The notes: generated by a model from the sequence alone, not told the origin. A stretch of 64,000 nucleotides of DNA from Oscillospiraceae bacterium (GCA_012729855.1 JAAYCI010000097.1:12101-76100), one strand, 5' to 3'; numbered from the stretch's first letter, positions 52,342 to 62,417 are shown. Translations and numbers: made by a program.

Positions 52342-52629
52342 CTGGTGCTGTGCAGGGGGCGTCATCTATGCAAGGCGCAGCTTTTCTACAGGTGGGAAAG
52401 GCGCCGGCGGGCACGTAATATGCCGGCTTTGGCAGGAGAACATGGCACGTTGGCGAACACGCTGCACCAGGTAGACAGACCATATGATATGTGCGTCCAA
52501 CGCTTCGCGCCTTGTGTCTAAACCAGAGGCGCGTCTTGATTGGGCGGGTGCACTTTCTGGTATACCAGGCCGCACCAAAAAAGACGGCCAGCGAGTAAAT
52601 CTCATAATATAAACGAAGGAGCGATACGA

Positions 52630-53919
52630 TTGCTTGACATAAAACTGATACGCACCGAGCCCGACCAGGTGAAAGCGGCCATCAGAAAGCGGGAGCTGAA
52701 CCTGGACAGCGTGATTGACGATATTCTGGCGCTGGACGAGCAGCGGCGCAGGCTGGTGGCCGAGACCGACGCGATGAAGGCCGCGCAGAACGCAGCCAGC
52801 AAGAAGATTCCCGCCATGAAAAAGGCCGGGGAGGACACCAGCGTGGTGATGGCCGAGATGAAGGGCCTGGCCGAGCAGGTGAAAGCCCAGGATGCCAAGC
52901 TGGACGCCGTGGAGCGTGCGCAGCAGGAGAAAATGTACCAGCTGCCCAACCTGCCCGACCCCGACGTGGTGGCCGGCGGCAAGGAGCAGAACCAGGAGCT
53001 GCGCCAGTTCGGCCAGCCGCCGGTGTTTGACTTTGATGTGAAAAGCCATGTGGACCTGTGCGAGAGCCTGGGCCTGATAGACTACAAGCGCGGGGTGAAG
53101 CTGGCCGGCAACGGCGCGTGGATCTACCGCGGGCTGGGCACCCGGCTGGAGTGGGCGATGCTCAACTTTTTCATTGACCAGCACCTGGCCGACGGCTACG
53201 AGTTTGTGCTGCCGCCCCACATGCTGGGCTGGGAGTGCGGCACCGTGGCCGGGCAGTTCCCCAAGTTTGCCGAGGACGTGTACCACATCGCCAACCCAAC
53301 GTCGGAGGACAGGCGCTTCATGCTGCCCACCGCCGAGACCGCGCTGGTGAACCTGCACCGTGATGAGATACTGCCCGAGGCCGAGCTGCCGCTGCGCTAC
53401 ATCGCCTACACCCCCTGCTACCGGCGGGAGGCCGGCAGCTACCGCAGCGAGGAGCGCGGCATGATTCGCGGGCACCAGTTCAACAAGGTGGAGATGGTGC
53501 AGTACACCACCCCGGAGGGCAGCGACGCGGCGTTTGAAGAGATGGTGGGCAAGGCCGAAAGGCTGCTGCAGCAGCTGGGGCTGCATCACCGGGTATCACA
53601 GCTGGCGGCGGGCGACGTGTCGGCCTCCATGGCCCGCACCATCGACATCGAAGTGTGGATCCCCAGCATGGGCATCTACAAAGAGGTGAGCTCGGCCTCC
53701 AACGCGCGGGACTACCAGGCCCGGCGGGGCAGTGTAAGGGTGCGCGGCGCAGACAAAAAGCTGCGGCTGGCCCACACGCTGAATGCGTCGGGCCTGGCCA
53801 CCAGCCGGGTGTTCCCCGCGCTGGTGGAGCAGTACCAGAACGCCGACGGCAGTGTGACGGTGCCCGAGGTGCTGCGGCCCTACCTGGGCGGCCTTGAGAT
53901 TATTCGCCCGCAGGGGTGA
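52630..53919 (+). CDS. serS: Seryl-tRNA synthetase
   Basis: The conserved N-terminus LDIKLIR..PD.V follows a TTG start after GAAGGAG. Class II motifs (TAE, FRRE-like YRREAGS, GLATSR) are present. The track ORF starts at 52540. Confidence 0.94.
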   Translation: MLDIKLIRTEPDQVKAAIRKRELNLDSVIDDILALDEQRRRLVAETDAMKAAQNAASKKIPAMKKAGEDTSVVMAEMKGLAEQVKAQDAKLDAVERAQQEKMYQLPNLPDPDVVAGGKEQNQELRQFGQPPVFDFDVKSHVDLCESLGLIDYKRGVKLAGNGAWIYRGLGTRLEWAMLNFFIDQHLADGYEFVLPPHMLGWECGTVAGQFPKFAEDVYHIANPTSEDRRFMLPTAETALVNLHRDEILPEAELPLRYIAYTPCYRREAGSYRSEERGMIRGHQFNKVEMVQYTTPEGSDAAFEEMVGKAERLLQQLGLHHRVSQLAAGDVSASMARTIDIEVWIPSMGIYKEVSSASNARDYQARRGSVRVRGADKKLRLAHTLNASGLATSRVFPALVEQYQNADGSVTVPEVLRPYLGGLEIIRPQG

Positions 53920-54108
53920 TGGCAGCGATGCGCGTACCCTTTGGGATGAAAACAAATACAGTGAATGGCGGGGAAAAAACCAAGCCGGCCTCGGTGCCGG
54001 ACGGCCCAAATACTGTAAACGATGGAAAAGATACGCATACGGCGCGTGTACCGTAACGCCGTGTTTTCAACATCATTTCTGTTTTTGAAGAATCTTGGGC
54101 AAAATTGG

Positions 54109-54137
54109 TTGACAAGCGCCCCCCCTTTGGATATAAT
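54109..54137 (+). promoter_or_regulatory. Consensus-like promoter for the tRNA genes (-35 TTGACA, 17 nt, -10 TATAAT)
   Basis: Both hexamers are perfect at 54109-54114 and 54132-54137, 33 nt upstream of tRNA-Met. Confidence 0.75.
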
Positions 54138-54169
54138 TATCAATGCGCTTGTTTGTGCAGGCGCAGCAT

Positions 54170-54246
54170 GGCGGTATAGCTCAGTTGGCTAGAGCATTCG
54201 GTTCATACCCGAAGAGTCACTGGTTCAAATCCAGTTACCGCTACCA
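54170..54246 (+). tRNA. tRNA-Met (CAT anticodon, elongator type), with encoded CCA
   Basis: Folds as a cloverleaf by hand: acceptor GGCGGTA/TACCGCT, anticodon arm TTCGG-TTCATAC-CCGAA, T arm ACTGG-TTCAAAT-CCAGT. It closely resembles B. subtilis elongator tRNA-Met. tRNA-Ile2 (lysidine) is not formally excluded. Confidence 0.85.
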
Positions 54247-54420
54247 CAGCTCCCGGCGGAATCACCGGGCCCGGGCAGAGGGCGCCGGCGGGTTTTTAAA
54301 GGGACTGCATGGCAGGTTTCAGCCAAAAAAGTGGGGTGTCGTCTGCAATAGCGGATGGCAGGAGGCTTTGCGGCTTTTGGCTAAAACCTGCGGTGCAAGG
54401 CGGCAGTGCCGCCTTGGCAC

Positions 54421-54495
54421 GGCCCAATGGTCAAGAGGTTAAGACACCACCCTTTCACGGTGGAATCCCGGGTTCGATTCCCGGTTGGGTCACCA
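54421..54495 (+). tRNA. tRNA-Glu (TTC anticodon), with encoded CCA
   Basis: GGCCCAATGGTCAAGAGGTTAAGACACCACCCTTTCACGGTGGAATCCCGGGTTCGATTCCCGGTTGGGTCACCA. The cloverleaf and its similarity to Bacillus tRNA-Glu are clear. Confidence 0.92.
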
Positions 54496-54509
54496 TTGAG
54501 CGCATCGTC

Positions 54510-54543
54510 AAAAAGCGCCCCGGTTTAAACCGGGGCGCTTTTT
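54510..54543 (+). terminator. Rho-independent terminator after tRNA-Glu
   Basis: AAAAAGCGCCCCGG-TTTAAA-CCGGGGCGCTTTTT. Confidence 0.85.
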
Positions 54544-54970
54544 GACAGCTGAAACGCAAGGAAGCTGGCTGTACAGAACAGGCAACCACGCTTGGACAGG
54601 GGAAGACGCCGCGCGTATTGCGTCATACGTACCGTCGTGTACCGAGGTTCGGGCATGACATACAGAAAAAAGCAGAAAACACTGAAACGAGATATGCTTT
54701 GGTGTTTTGCATTGTTGAAAACGGCGCGTCTAATTCAAAAACCATGGATTACTTGTTGCACCAAAGCCTGTGCTACATGGGGCAGGCAATAAATGCACCA
54801 GAAATACACAAAAAGGCTGTACAAAAAGAAAAGCTGCCCCCAACAGATGGGCAGCAGGGTATGGGAGAGAGTGGAATAGCAGATGCGCTTAAAAAGTGGC
54901 ATATATCATTAAATAGTAATTTACGATTTTACGCCATTATAAAAATACATAAAAGAATTAAAAACCAATA

Positions 54971-55666
54971 TTATCCTGTTTGTATAATACGATTGGCGGT
55001 GTTTGATGGGACAATCAGCTTGCCAAGGGCTTCAGGGTTTGCGGCCAAGGTGTCCGCGCCGGCAGATTCCAACTCCGCCCGGGTGCGAAACCCCCAAAGT
55101 ACCCCACAGGCCGGCAGGCCGGCGTTGTGGGCGGTAAGCACATCCACATCACTGTCGCCCACATACAGGGTAGCGGCGGGCGAGGCATGCAGGCTTTCCA
55201 TCAGTGCCAAAAGGGAGGCGGGGTCGGGCTTGGGGGCGGCCCCGGGCTGTAAGCCGGCCACCGCCTGAAAGATGCCGGAAAAATAGTATTCAACGATGCT
55301 GCAAGCTAAATTGTGCTGCTTGTTGCTGAGGACACCCAACCGTACACCGGCCCCACGCAGGCCAGCAAGCAGCTGAGGAATGCCGGGGTAAGGCTGGGTA
55401 TACTGGAACATGTTGGCGGTGTAGTGCTTTTGGAACAGCTGGAGCGCGACAGCCTGGGTGGCCGGACCGCAGTGCTGGGGCGGAAGCATGCGCCGGATGA
55501 GCGTTGGAATGCCATTTCCGACCATATTTTGGTAATCCTGCACAGGGTGGGCAGGGAGGCCCAAAGCACTTAAGGCGTGGTTACCGGCGGCGGCAAGGTC
55601 TTGCAAGGTGTTTAGCAGGGTGCCGTCCAGGTCAAACAGAACCGTGTTGTATTGTTGAAAACGCAT
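54971..55666 (-). CDS. HAD family hydrolase (phosphoglycolate phosphatase-like)
   Basis: YNTVLFDLDGTLLNT motif I and YVGDSDVDV motif IV. Start at the ATG after GAGGGA. Confidence 0.82.
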   Translation of the reverse strand: MRFQQYNTVLFDLDGTLLNTLQDLAAAGNHALSALGLPAHPVQDYQNMVGNGIPTLIRRMLPPQHCGPATQAVALQLFQKHYTANMFQYTQPYPGIPQLLAGLRGAGVRLGVLSNKQHNLACSIVEYYFSGIFQAVAGLQPGAAPKPDPASLLALMESLHASPAATLYVGDSDVDVLTAHNAGLPACGVLWGFRTRAELESAGADTLAANPEALGKLIVPSNTANRIIQTG

Positions 55667-56163
55667 GATTTCCCTCATTGTCGAAAGCTTGGTGCTGCGG
55701 AAACGGCGTGGAAAAAAGCGGAAAAATGGACAAAGGCAAAGCACAGCTATAAAATAATGCTCAAAATAAAATATTACGAATAAACGTATAATATAATTTA
55801 TTCAACAATTTTGAAGCTGATTATACCACAAGATGGTGATAATTACTGGCTAAGCAAAAGATATGCTGTGTAATGGCCCATGAATTGTGGAGAAGTATCC
55901 ACAAGGCCTATTTTAAAAATGATAACAGCGCCGAAAAAATACAAAAAGAAATAAAATATAAAAAACCAGATAATAGACAAAGAAATAAGGGAGCACATGC
56001 AAAGCACAAAATTCAGGCAATATTCACAATAGCGTTATTATGGAAAATTAAAATACAAATAGTGGGATAAATAGAGCCGCCGCCGATAATGTGGAGGAAT
56101 TCACATAATGGCGGCGGCTTGATTGGTTGTTTGGTACAAGTGCGCCTTATTTGGTGCAATTTG

Positions 56164-56616
56164 CTACTCGGGCTTGTTGTCTGGCAGCTTGGCGCCGCAA
56201 GCGGAACAGAATTTATCGTCGTTGCCCGCCACCTTGTTGCACACGGCGCAGGACTGCTTGCCACTGGTTTTGGCCAGGGTGTCGCTGATGGCGTCGATCT
56301 CCGCCTGCTTTTGGTCGGCCTGCTTCAGCAGGTTGTCGATGGTTTCCTGGGCGTCCAGCACAGCGCCGTCCTCGGTTTTCTGAGCGTCGGCCAGCGCGCC
56401 AATATGAATCATATACATGGTGCGGCCCACGTTGGCAAGTAGCTTGTCCATCTCCTCTTTCAAGCGGGCAAGATCCATTTTCAGCTTAAATTCGGAATAT
56501 TTTTCCTCCACCTTGCTGCCCGCGCTGTTCACTGCTTCACTCACACCGTTTCCGGCAATGGAGGCGGCGCTGGCGAGGTGCGACAAAATCTGATTGATGC
56601 GGCTATCCTTATCCAT
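56164..56616 (-). CDS. Coiled-coil protein with a C-terminal zinc ribbon
   Basis: C-terminal CAVCNK...FCSACGAKL (a CxxC...CxxC motif), with a helical, charged N-terminal part. I recognise no family name. Confidence 0.6.
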   Translation of the reverse strand: MDKDSRINQILSHLASAASIAGNGVSEAVNSAGSKVEEKYSEFKLKMDLARLKEEMDKLLANVGRTMYMIHIGALADAQKTEDGAVLDAQETIDNLLKQADQKQAEIDAISDTLAKTSGKQSCAVCNKVAGNDDKFCSACGAKLPDNKPE

Positions 56617-56781
56617 AAAAAATCCTTTCCCGGCGGTGGCCGTGCATGGCAATGTGGGGCTATAACGGCACCATTATACCATGCCACGGCTTTTATGTAT
56701 ATGTATGGAGGATTGTGATATAATGAAATAACCATGAACAATGAAAGGCGGGTGGCACAACCCAAAGCTGAGGGCAATCAA

Positions 56782-58014
56782 ATGACTGAACGCGTGATTT
56801 TACATTGCGACTGCAACAGCTTCTATGCGTCGGTGGAGTTGCTGGCGCATCCTGAGCTGCGGGACAAGCCGGTGGCGGTGTCGGGCAGCGTGGATGACCG
56901 GCATGGCATCATCCTGGCAAAAAACGACGCAGCCAAGAAATTTGGCGTGCAAACTGCCGAGACCGTGTGGCAGGCCAAACGCAAATGCCCGCAACTCATC
57001 ATGCTGCCGCCCCATCACCGCAAGTACCGGGAATATTCGCTGGCCATCAACACCTACTACGAGCGTTTTACCGACCAGGTGGAGCCTTTTGGCATTGACG
57101 AAAGCTGGCTGGACATCACCGGCAGCTGGCAGCTGTTTGGTGCGTCACCCCTAGAGGTAGCCAATAAGATACGCCTGGGTGTAAAAGAGCAAACGGGGCT
57201 GACAATTTCGATTGGCCTCAGCTTCAACAAGGTGTTTGCCAAGCTGGGCTCCGACTATAAAAAGCCGGACGCCGTCACGGAGATCAGCCGCGACAATTAC
57301 CGCGAGATTATTTGGCCGCTGCCCGTGGCAGCCATGCTGTTTGTGGGGAAAAAGAGCCGACAGACGCTGGAAAGCATGGGAATAAACACCATTGGCGACC
57401 TGGCCACGGCGGACGAAAACCTGCTGGCACAGGTGCTGGGCAAGCAGGGCCCGCAGCTGTGGCATTACGCCCGCGGCGAGGACACCGCGCCGGTGGCTGT
57501 GGCCGGCCAGCATGAGCCGGTGAAAAGTGTGGGCAACGGCATGACATTCCGGCGGGATTTGCTGGGCTACCAGGACGTAAGGGTGGCGGTGGGGGCGCTG
57601 GCCGACGAAGTGGCCGGGCGGCTGCGGCGCAAAAAGCTGTATGCCACCAACCTGCAGGTGCTCATCAAGAATCCGGAGCTAAAAAGCATCTCCCGCCAGC
57701 GTGTGTTGCCCTATGCCACCAATTTGGCCAAAGATATAGCAGACTTGGCAATGGATATCATAAAAGACAACTGGAATTATGCCAAACCGATAAGAATGCT
57801 AACATTGACGGCACAGAACTTGACGGATCTGCCCTATGCGGCGCAAACCAGCCTTTATGGGGAAGGCCCGGGCATTAACACCAAGCGTGAGAAGCTGGAA
57901 AAAAGCCTGGACAAAATTCGGGAGAAGTATGGAAAAACAGCGGTGGTGGACGCCAGCTTGCTGCACAATGACCTGGGCTTTGAGACGGGCGCGAAAATTG
58001 ACGAGGATGACTAG
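56782..58014 (+). CDS. dinB: DNA polymerase IV (Y family)
   Basis: ILHCDCNSFYASVE, the SIDEAFLD-like DESWLDIT motif and the little-finger region. The ATG follows GAGGG. Confidence 0.92.
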   Translation: MTERVILHCDCNSFYASVELLAHPELRDKPVAVSGSVDDRHGIILAKNDAAKKFGVQTAETVWQAKRKCPQLIMLPPHHRKYREYSLAINTYYERFTDQVEPFGIDESWLDITGSWQLFGASPLEVANKIRLGVKEQTGLTISIGLSFNKVFAKLGSDYKKPDAVTEISRDNYREIIWPLPVAAMLFVGKKSRQTLESMGINTIGDLATADENLLAQVLGKQGPQLWHYARGEDTAPVAVAGQHEPVKSVGNGMTFRRDLLGYQDVRVAVGALADEVAGRLRRKKLYATNLQVLIKNPELKSISRQRVLPYATNLAKDIADLAMDIIKDNWNYAKPIRMLTLTAQNLTDLPYAAQTSLYGEGPGINTKREKLEKSLDKIREKYGKTAVVDASLLHNDLGFETGAKIDEDD

Positions 58015-58153
58015 CGTGGAAAAACAAAGTGGAAAAAACGGAAATAGGCGCTTTGCCCTTTAAAAAAGCCAGGAATAATCCATGATTAATCTCTAATAAT
58101 AATGCGATGGTTAGCTGCGGCTTCATACGTAAGAACGATAGAATAATTATAAA

Positions 58154-58187
58154 TTAATCCCCTTTGCCGCAAAGCAAAGGGGATTAA
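58154..58187. terminator. Bidirectional terminator
   Basis: TTAATCCCCTTTGC-CGCAAA-GCAAAGGGGATTAA lies between convergent genes. Confidence 0.75.
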
Positions 58188-58285
58188 TAAATGCCATTAT
58201 TAATAATTTACAACAACTTAAACGGCACGGCGGTGAGCAACATAACAAGCGCCAAAGAAGGGTTGCCGCCAAGCGAAAAGTGGTG

Positions 58286-59830
58286 TTACCCTATAAGCTT
58301 AAGGCAGCGCAGCAGAAAACTGGAAGTGCCGAACAGCGTGTAGCGGGCCACATAGTAACGGTCGTCAAACTCCACAAAAGATTGGCAGAGCTGGCCGCTG
58401 TCGCTCTCTTCGGCGGCGATGGCCGCCAGGCGCTCGCTGGTGGCGCGCGCGGCGGAGAGTGGCTGGTGCAGGTCGAACACGGCGCAAATCTGCGGGCCGT
58501 GGGAGCAGTCGTGCACCTCGGCCACAAACTTGGCCACCCGCTTGCCTACGTCGCTGAGGTGGGCAAGGCCGGAATCGGCGGCTGCAGCGGTTGCCTGCGG
58601 CACGTTTATAGCGGGTTCCGCTTGTTCCTCTGGGGTAGAAGGGGTAATATTTGCTGAAACAGCTTCAGCAGGCGGTGCTTCAGGTACAGGCATGGCCGTT
58701 TGCGGCGGTGGCTGCACCGGGGCATAGTATCCACCCGACGAAGGCGATGGGGGATAGACGGCCGGCAGCGGTGCCGGTGCATTATAATGGTAGGCCGGCA
58801 GGGGCTGCGGCGGCTGGCTGGCCGATGGCACCACATAGGTAACCTGTGGGGCGCCCAGCGCCGGGGGGGGTATGGCGGCCGGCTGCGGCTGGCCGTTGGG
58901 GTATGCCGGCGCCGGCTGCGGGTAAGCGGGAGCGGCAGTAAATTCTTGTTGCTGTGTTTGATAATGGGCAGAGTAATCCGCTGCCGGCGGGTAGCCGGGC
59001 ATGCCCTGAACCGGCTGGGCATAGGCGGGCTGCGCCGCCGGGGGCTGGGCCAGGTGGGGCTGTTGCGGGCTTTCGGGCAGAGGCGCCTGTGGCGGTGGGG
59101 GCGCGGGCATCTCGGGGGCATACGGCTGCTGCGGATAGGCAGGCGGATAAACCTGGGGCTCTGAAACCGATGGGCCAGGCGGTGTCTGCTCCGGGATGGC
59201 ATAGGGGGGCGCATAACCCGGTTGCTGCGGGGCGGCCGCAGGCGCCTGGGGCATAGCTGCCGGAGGCGGAATGACAGCAGAAGCCGCATGGGAATTGCCG
59301 ATATTCAAGGTATTTTCTGTTTGAACAGGCTGATGAAGCGTTGCCTGTGGCGGGGATGCCGCTTCCGGCAGAGGGGCAGGCGGCACATAGCGTTGTGCGG
59401 CCGGGGGCTCAGGGGGCGGGGTTGTTTCGTCAGGTGTGGCGGCGGCCGAGGTGTCCGCGGTGGCAAAAACAGGGGCAACCGGCGGCGCGCTTTGGGCTGG
59501 AGCACCAAAGCTTTGCGCGGCGGCAGGCATTTCAGCCTCGGCAGCCGGGGCCTGCGGTACGGGCGACTCCGGCGTGGCCGCCGAAGCCGTGGCCGGTGCG
59601 GGCGGCGCCATTTCGGGCGACACATAGGGCGGGGCTTCATCCTCGGCGGGGTCAATTGTGCCGCCGGTAAGCAGGCGCTGCACCTCGTTTTCAGGGAAGC
59701 GCCATTGCCCGCCAATTTTGCGGCCCACCAGGCGGCCGCTTTTCAGGTAGTTGCGAATGGTACGCCCCGTAACAGACGCCAGCTCCGCCACTTCTTCCAC
59801 CGTATACAATTTTTCTATCATGCGTTGCAC
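58286..59830 (-). CDS. Excisionase/MerR-type HTH protein with a P/A/Q-rich linker of about 340 aa and a small C-terminal domain
   Basis: The N-terminus LYTVEEVAELASVTGRTIRNYLKSGRLVGRKIGGQWRF is an HTH. A long low-complexity region and a Cys-containing C-terminal domain of about 110 aa follow. Start is either GTG 59830 or ATG 59821. Confidence 0.65.
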   Translation of the reverse strand: MQRMIEKLYTVEEVAELASVTGRTIRNYLKSGRLVGRKIGGQWRFPENEVQRLLTGGTIDPAEDEAPPYVSPEMAPPAPATASAATPESPVPQAPAAEAEMPAAAQSFGAPAQSAPPVAPVFATADTSAAATPDETTPPPEPPAAQRYVPPAPLPEAASPPQATLHQPVQTENTLNIGNSHAASAVIPPPAAMPQAPAAAPQQPGYAPPYAIPEQTPPGPSVSEPQVYPPAYPQQPYAPEMPAPPPPQAPLPESPQQPHLAQPPAAQPAYAQPVQGMPGYPPAADYSAHYQTQQQEFTAAPAYPQPAPAYPNGQPQPAAIPPPALGAPQVTYVVPSASQPPQPLPAYHYNAPAPLPAVYPPSPSSGGYYAPVQPPPQTAMPVPEAPPAEAVSANITPSTPEEQAEPAINVPQATAAAADSGLAHLSDVGKRVAKFVAEVHDCSHGPQICAVFDLHQPLSAARATSERLAAIAAEESDSGQLCQSFVEFDDRYYVARYTLFGTSSFLLRCLKLIG

Positions 59831-59934
59831 CCGCTTTCCTGCTCTTCCGTGAATGTGTATGCAAACACATTATATAGCCTGGTTTTTACTAAGGCAAGCA
59901 AAAGGCGGACATTTGCATTCTATTTCCAGGGATT

Positions 59935-60639
59935 TCATATATTTTTCAGGCGGAAAATAGCAGCCCTCTCAAGCTGGGCAGGGCGCACACCGGCAATGCA
60001 GGCTTTGATGGGCACGCCCTCGGCCGCGAACATATTTTCGTGCTCGGTGCGGATATTCCAGGCGGGTTCCCCGCGGTGCAGGTCACGGCTCAGCCAGGTC
60101 ACCTCGAAGCCGGCGTGGGCGAAGTAGCGCAAGCTGTCCTCAAACAGGGGGGTGTCGTCGGTCTTGAACCACACCTCGCCGCCCTCGGGCAAGAACTGCC
60201 GCACCTGAAACAGCTGGCGTGGGTGGGTGAGCCGGTGCTTGGCGTAGCCCGTTTTGTACCAGGGGTTGCAAAAGTTGATGTACACCCGGTGCACGCGGTC
60301 GGTTGTGGCCAGCGTCTGCTCAATTTGCTCAATGTTGCGGCTGGTGATGGCAATATTGCCCGGCTGCTGGCCGGCGTTGGCGTACAGGCGTTCAATGGTG
60401 CGTTTGGCCACCACCAGCATCTCGCTTTTGATGTCGACGCCCAGGTAGTTGTAACCGGTGTTGCGCAGGGCCAGCTGCGCCAAAAAGCCGCCCTTGCCGC
60501 AGCCCAGCTCCACCCGCAGAGGCTTTGTGGGGTCGTCAAAAAAGCTGGCCCACTGCCCGCGCAAATCGTCCGGCTGGGGGACGTAGCGGGGCCAGGCGGC
60601 CAGTTCGGGGCGGGCGTAGGGCTTGTGTCGCATGCGCAT
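59935..60639 (-). CDS. trmB: tRNA (guanine46-N7)-methyltransferase
   Basis: VELGCGKGGFL SAM motif and FPDPW-like FCNPWYK. Start set at the internal Met. Confidence 0.88.
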   Translation of the reverse strand: MRMRHKPYARPELAAWPRYVPQPDDLRGQWASFFDDPTKPLRVELGCGKGGFLAQLALRNTGYNYLGVDIKSEMLVVAKRTIERLYANAGQQPGNIAITSRNIEQIEQTLATTDRVHRVYINFCNPWYKTGYAKHRLTHPRQLFQVRQFLPEGGEVWFKTDDTPLFEDSLRYFAHAGFEVTWLSRDLHRGEPAWNIRTEHENMFAAEGVPIKACIAGVRPAQLERAAIFRLKNI

Positions 60640-60797
60640 AGAATCACCGTTCCAGGGAAAGAAAGCTTTATATTTTAAAGGCAAAAGGGTATACTATGGG
60701 GTAACAAAGGGCGGTTGCAAGCTTTGCGGCAGGGGGCTGCTTGGGCCGGGATGCCCGGCGTGCCACAGGCCAGATGGGTTGAAAGGACGCATAACCG

Positions 60798-62417
60798 ATG
60801 AAAAAAATTGTGAAAACAATAGGCTGCATATTCCTGGGGCTGTGCTTGATGGCCGCCGGGATGCCAGGTACCGCCGCGCAGCAGGCGGAGGGGCCCCGCG
60901 CACTGGCGGCGGCCGGCGGAGCACCCGAACAGGTGCGAGTGCTGCTGCCCACCGGGATGGAGGCGCTGGAGGACATTCTGGCCCGGATGGCCACCGCCGA
61001 GGGCATGGCGCTGCAGATAGACACCGCCGTGGCCGGCGACAACTACGGCCGGTATGCCACCGAGGCCATGGAGAGCGATACCCCGCCCGACCTGCTGTGG
61101 CTGGCCGACGAAACGCAGGCCCGCGCGGTAACACAGGTGGGCAGCTTGTATGACCTGCTGGCCGGGCGCAACAGCCCCACCACCATGCGCGCATTGGCTG
61201 CGATGGTGCCAAAGGGCCAGCGTTTGCTGGACGAAAGCCGGGTATTGGGCCTGCCGCTGGGCGTAAAAGCCGAGGGCTACCTGGTGAACCTGGCGCTGCT
61301 GGCCAACCTGTTGGACACCCAAAACACCGAAGTGCTGCTGGCAGACTTGCAGGTATGCAGTTGGCAGCAATGGCAAACATTGGCAAAAACTGTGGAAGAT
61401 TATTTGACAAACCCGCAAAAATCTGTGGTTGACGTTGGCACCCATACCTATACAATGCCCCGCGGCCGCCCGGAGGCAGCACAGCCTTTGCGGGGCATCT
61501 TCTCGGTGGCGGACGGCAACGCCGAGGCCTACCTGGGCGTGCTGATGGACACCACGGTGGCCAACGCGTTTGATGGCATTGACCAGCTTTTGGAAACCGA
61601 CGAAACCCAGCGGGTGGCCCAGCTGCAGCCGGCGCTGGCCGCCATGCTGGGCGCGCTGGACCTGGAAACCAGCCACATGACCCGCAGCACCGGCGCCGTG
61701 GCCCGGGGCGAGCGCTATGTGCTAACCGAAAAGCTGAGCCGCGCCGACGCGCAAACCCTTTTTGTGGACGGCGCCGCCCTGTTCATGCGGGGAGACAGCC
61801 AGCTGGCGGCCCGGCTGGAGCAGGACAACCCGCAGCTGGCCGGGAAGCTGGCCCTGGTGCCGGTGAAGATGCCGCCGGTGTCGCTTTACGACGAAAGCGA
61901 CGATACCGCAAACAGCGGGCTGTACACCGGCCCCGAGGAGGAAACCGAAGCGGAGCCGGAACCAGAGGAAACCCCGGCGGAGGAAGCGTCGATTGAAAGA
62001 ATCATTGATGGGAACACGCGGCTGCTGTGGCAGAGCGGCGGCAGTCTGTGCGTGAACGGGGCGTCGGCGGGCAGCGGCGCGGCCGTGAAGCTGCTGTTGC
62101 GGCTGTTTACCAGCGATGCCGGGCGCATGGCCATTGCGCAGGAGCTGCAGCTGCAATGCTTCAGCAGCCCGGTGCCGGCCGGCCGGCTGCAAACCCAGCT
62201 GGCAAACAGCACCGCCGCCGGGCAAATGTTGCCCACGGCCTGGCCGGTGCAGCTGGGCGGCGCCGAAAGAAGCCTGGACGCCTACATTGAGCAGAGCGGC
62301 CTGATGGCCGAGACCACGTGGGACAAAGACGACGAAACCGCCTTTGTGGCAGCGGGAATCGCAGCCATGGGCGTGGTGAGCTACAGTGCACAAACAGCTG
62401 AAGGGGAAGCGCCATAA
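60798..62417 (+). CDS. Secreted protein resembling an extracellular solute-binding protein; an orphan with no adjacent permease genes
   Basis: N-terminal signal peptide MKKIVKTIGCIFLGLCLMAAG and an SBP-like PPDLLWLAD motif. An acidic EEETEAEPEPEE insert is present. Family assignment is tentative. Confidence 0.5.
   Translation: MKKIVKTIGCIFLGLCLMAAGMPGTAAQQAEGPRALAAAGGAPEQVRVLLPTGMEALEDILARMATAEGMALQIDTAVAGDNYGRYATEAMESDTPPDLLWLADETQARAVTQVGSLYDLLAGRNSPTTMRALAAMVPKGQRLLDESRVLGLPLGVKAEGYLVNLALLANLLDTQNTEVLLADLQVCSWQQWQTLAKTVEDYLTNPQKSVVDVGTHTYTMPRGRPEAAQPLRGIFSVADGNAEAYLGVLMDTTVANAFDGIDQLLETDETQRVAQLQPALAAMLGALDLETSHMTRSTGAVARGERYVLTEKLSRADAQTLFVDGAALFMRGDSQLAARLEQDNPQLAGKLALVPVKMPPVSLYDESDDTANSGLYTGPEEETEAEPEPEETPAEEASIERIIDGNTRLLWQSGGSLCVNGASAGSGAAVKLLLRLFTSDAGRMAIAQELQLQCFSSPVPAGRLQTQLANSTAAGQMLPTAWPVQLGGAERSLDAYIEQSGLMAETTWDKDDETAFVAAGIAAMGVVSYSAQTAEGEAP

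Noticed and set aside
52342-52629. An expected T-box riboswitch in the 290-nt leader of serS
   Set aside because: I could not find the conserved T-box sequence (…GGGTGGTACCGCG…); the closest is TTGGGCGGGTGCAC. I also found no specifier-loop/GA-motif arrangement and no terminator with a T-run, since the GGTGC...GCACC hairpin is followed by A residues. The leader remains unexplained and should be scanned with Rfam.
54618-55268. 216-aa plus-strand ORF overlapping the 3' part of the HAD (gph-like) gene, and the 65-aa ORF at 55873-56070
   Set aside because: The first is antisense to a well-supported HAD hydrolase for half its length and otherwise runs through AT-rich non-coding sequence. The second is a Lys/Ile-rich frame in an AT-rich spacer with no SD.
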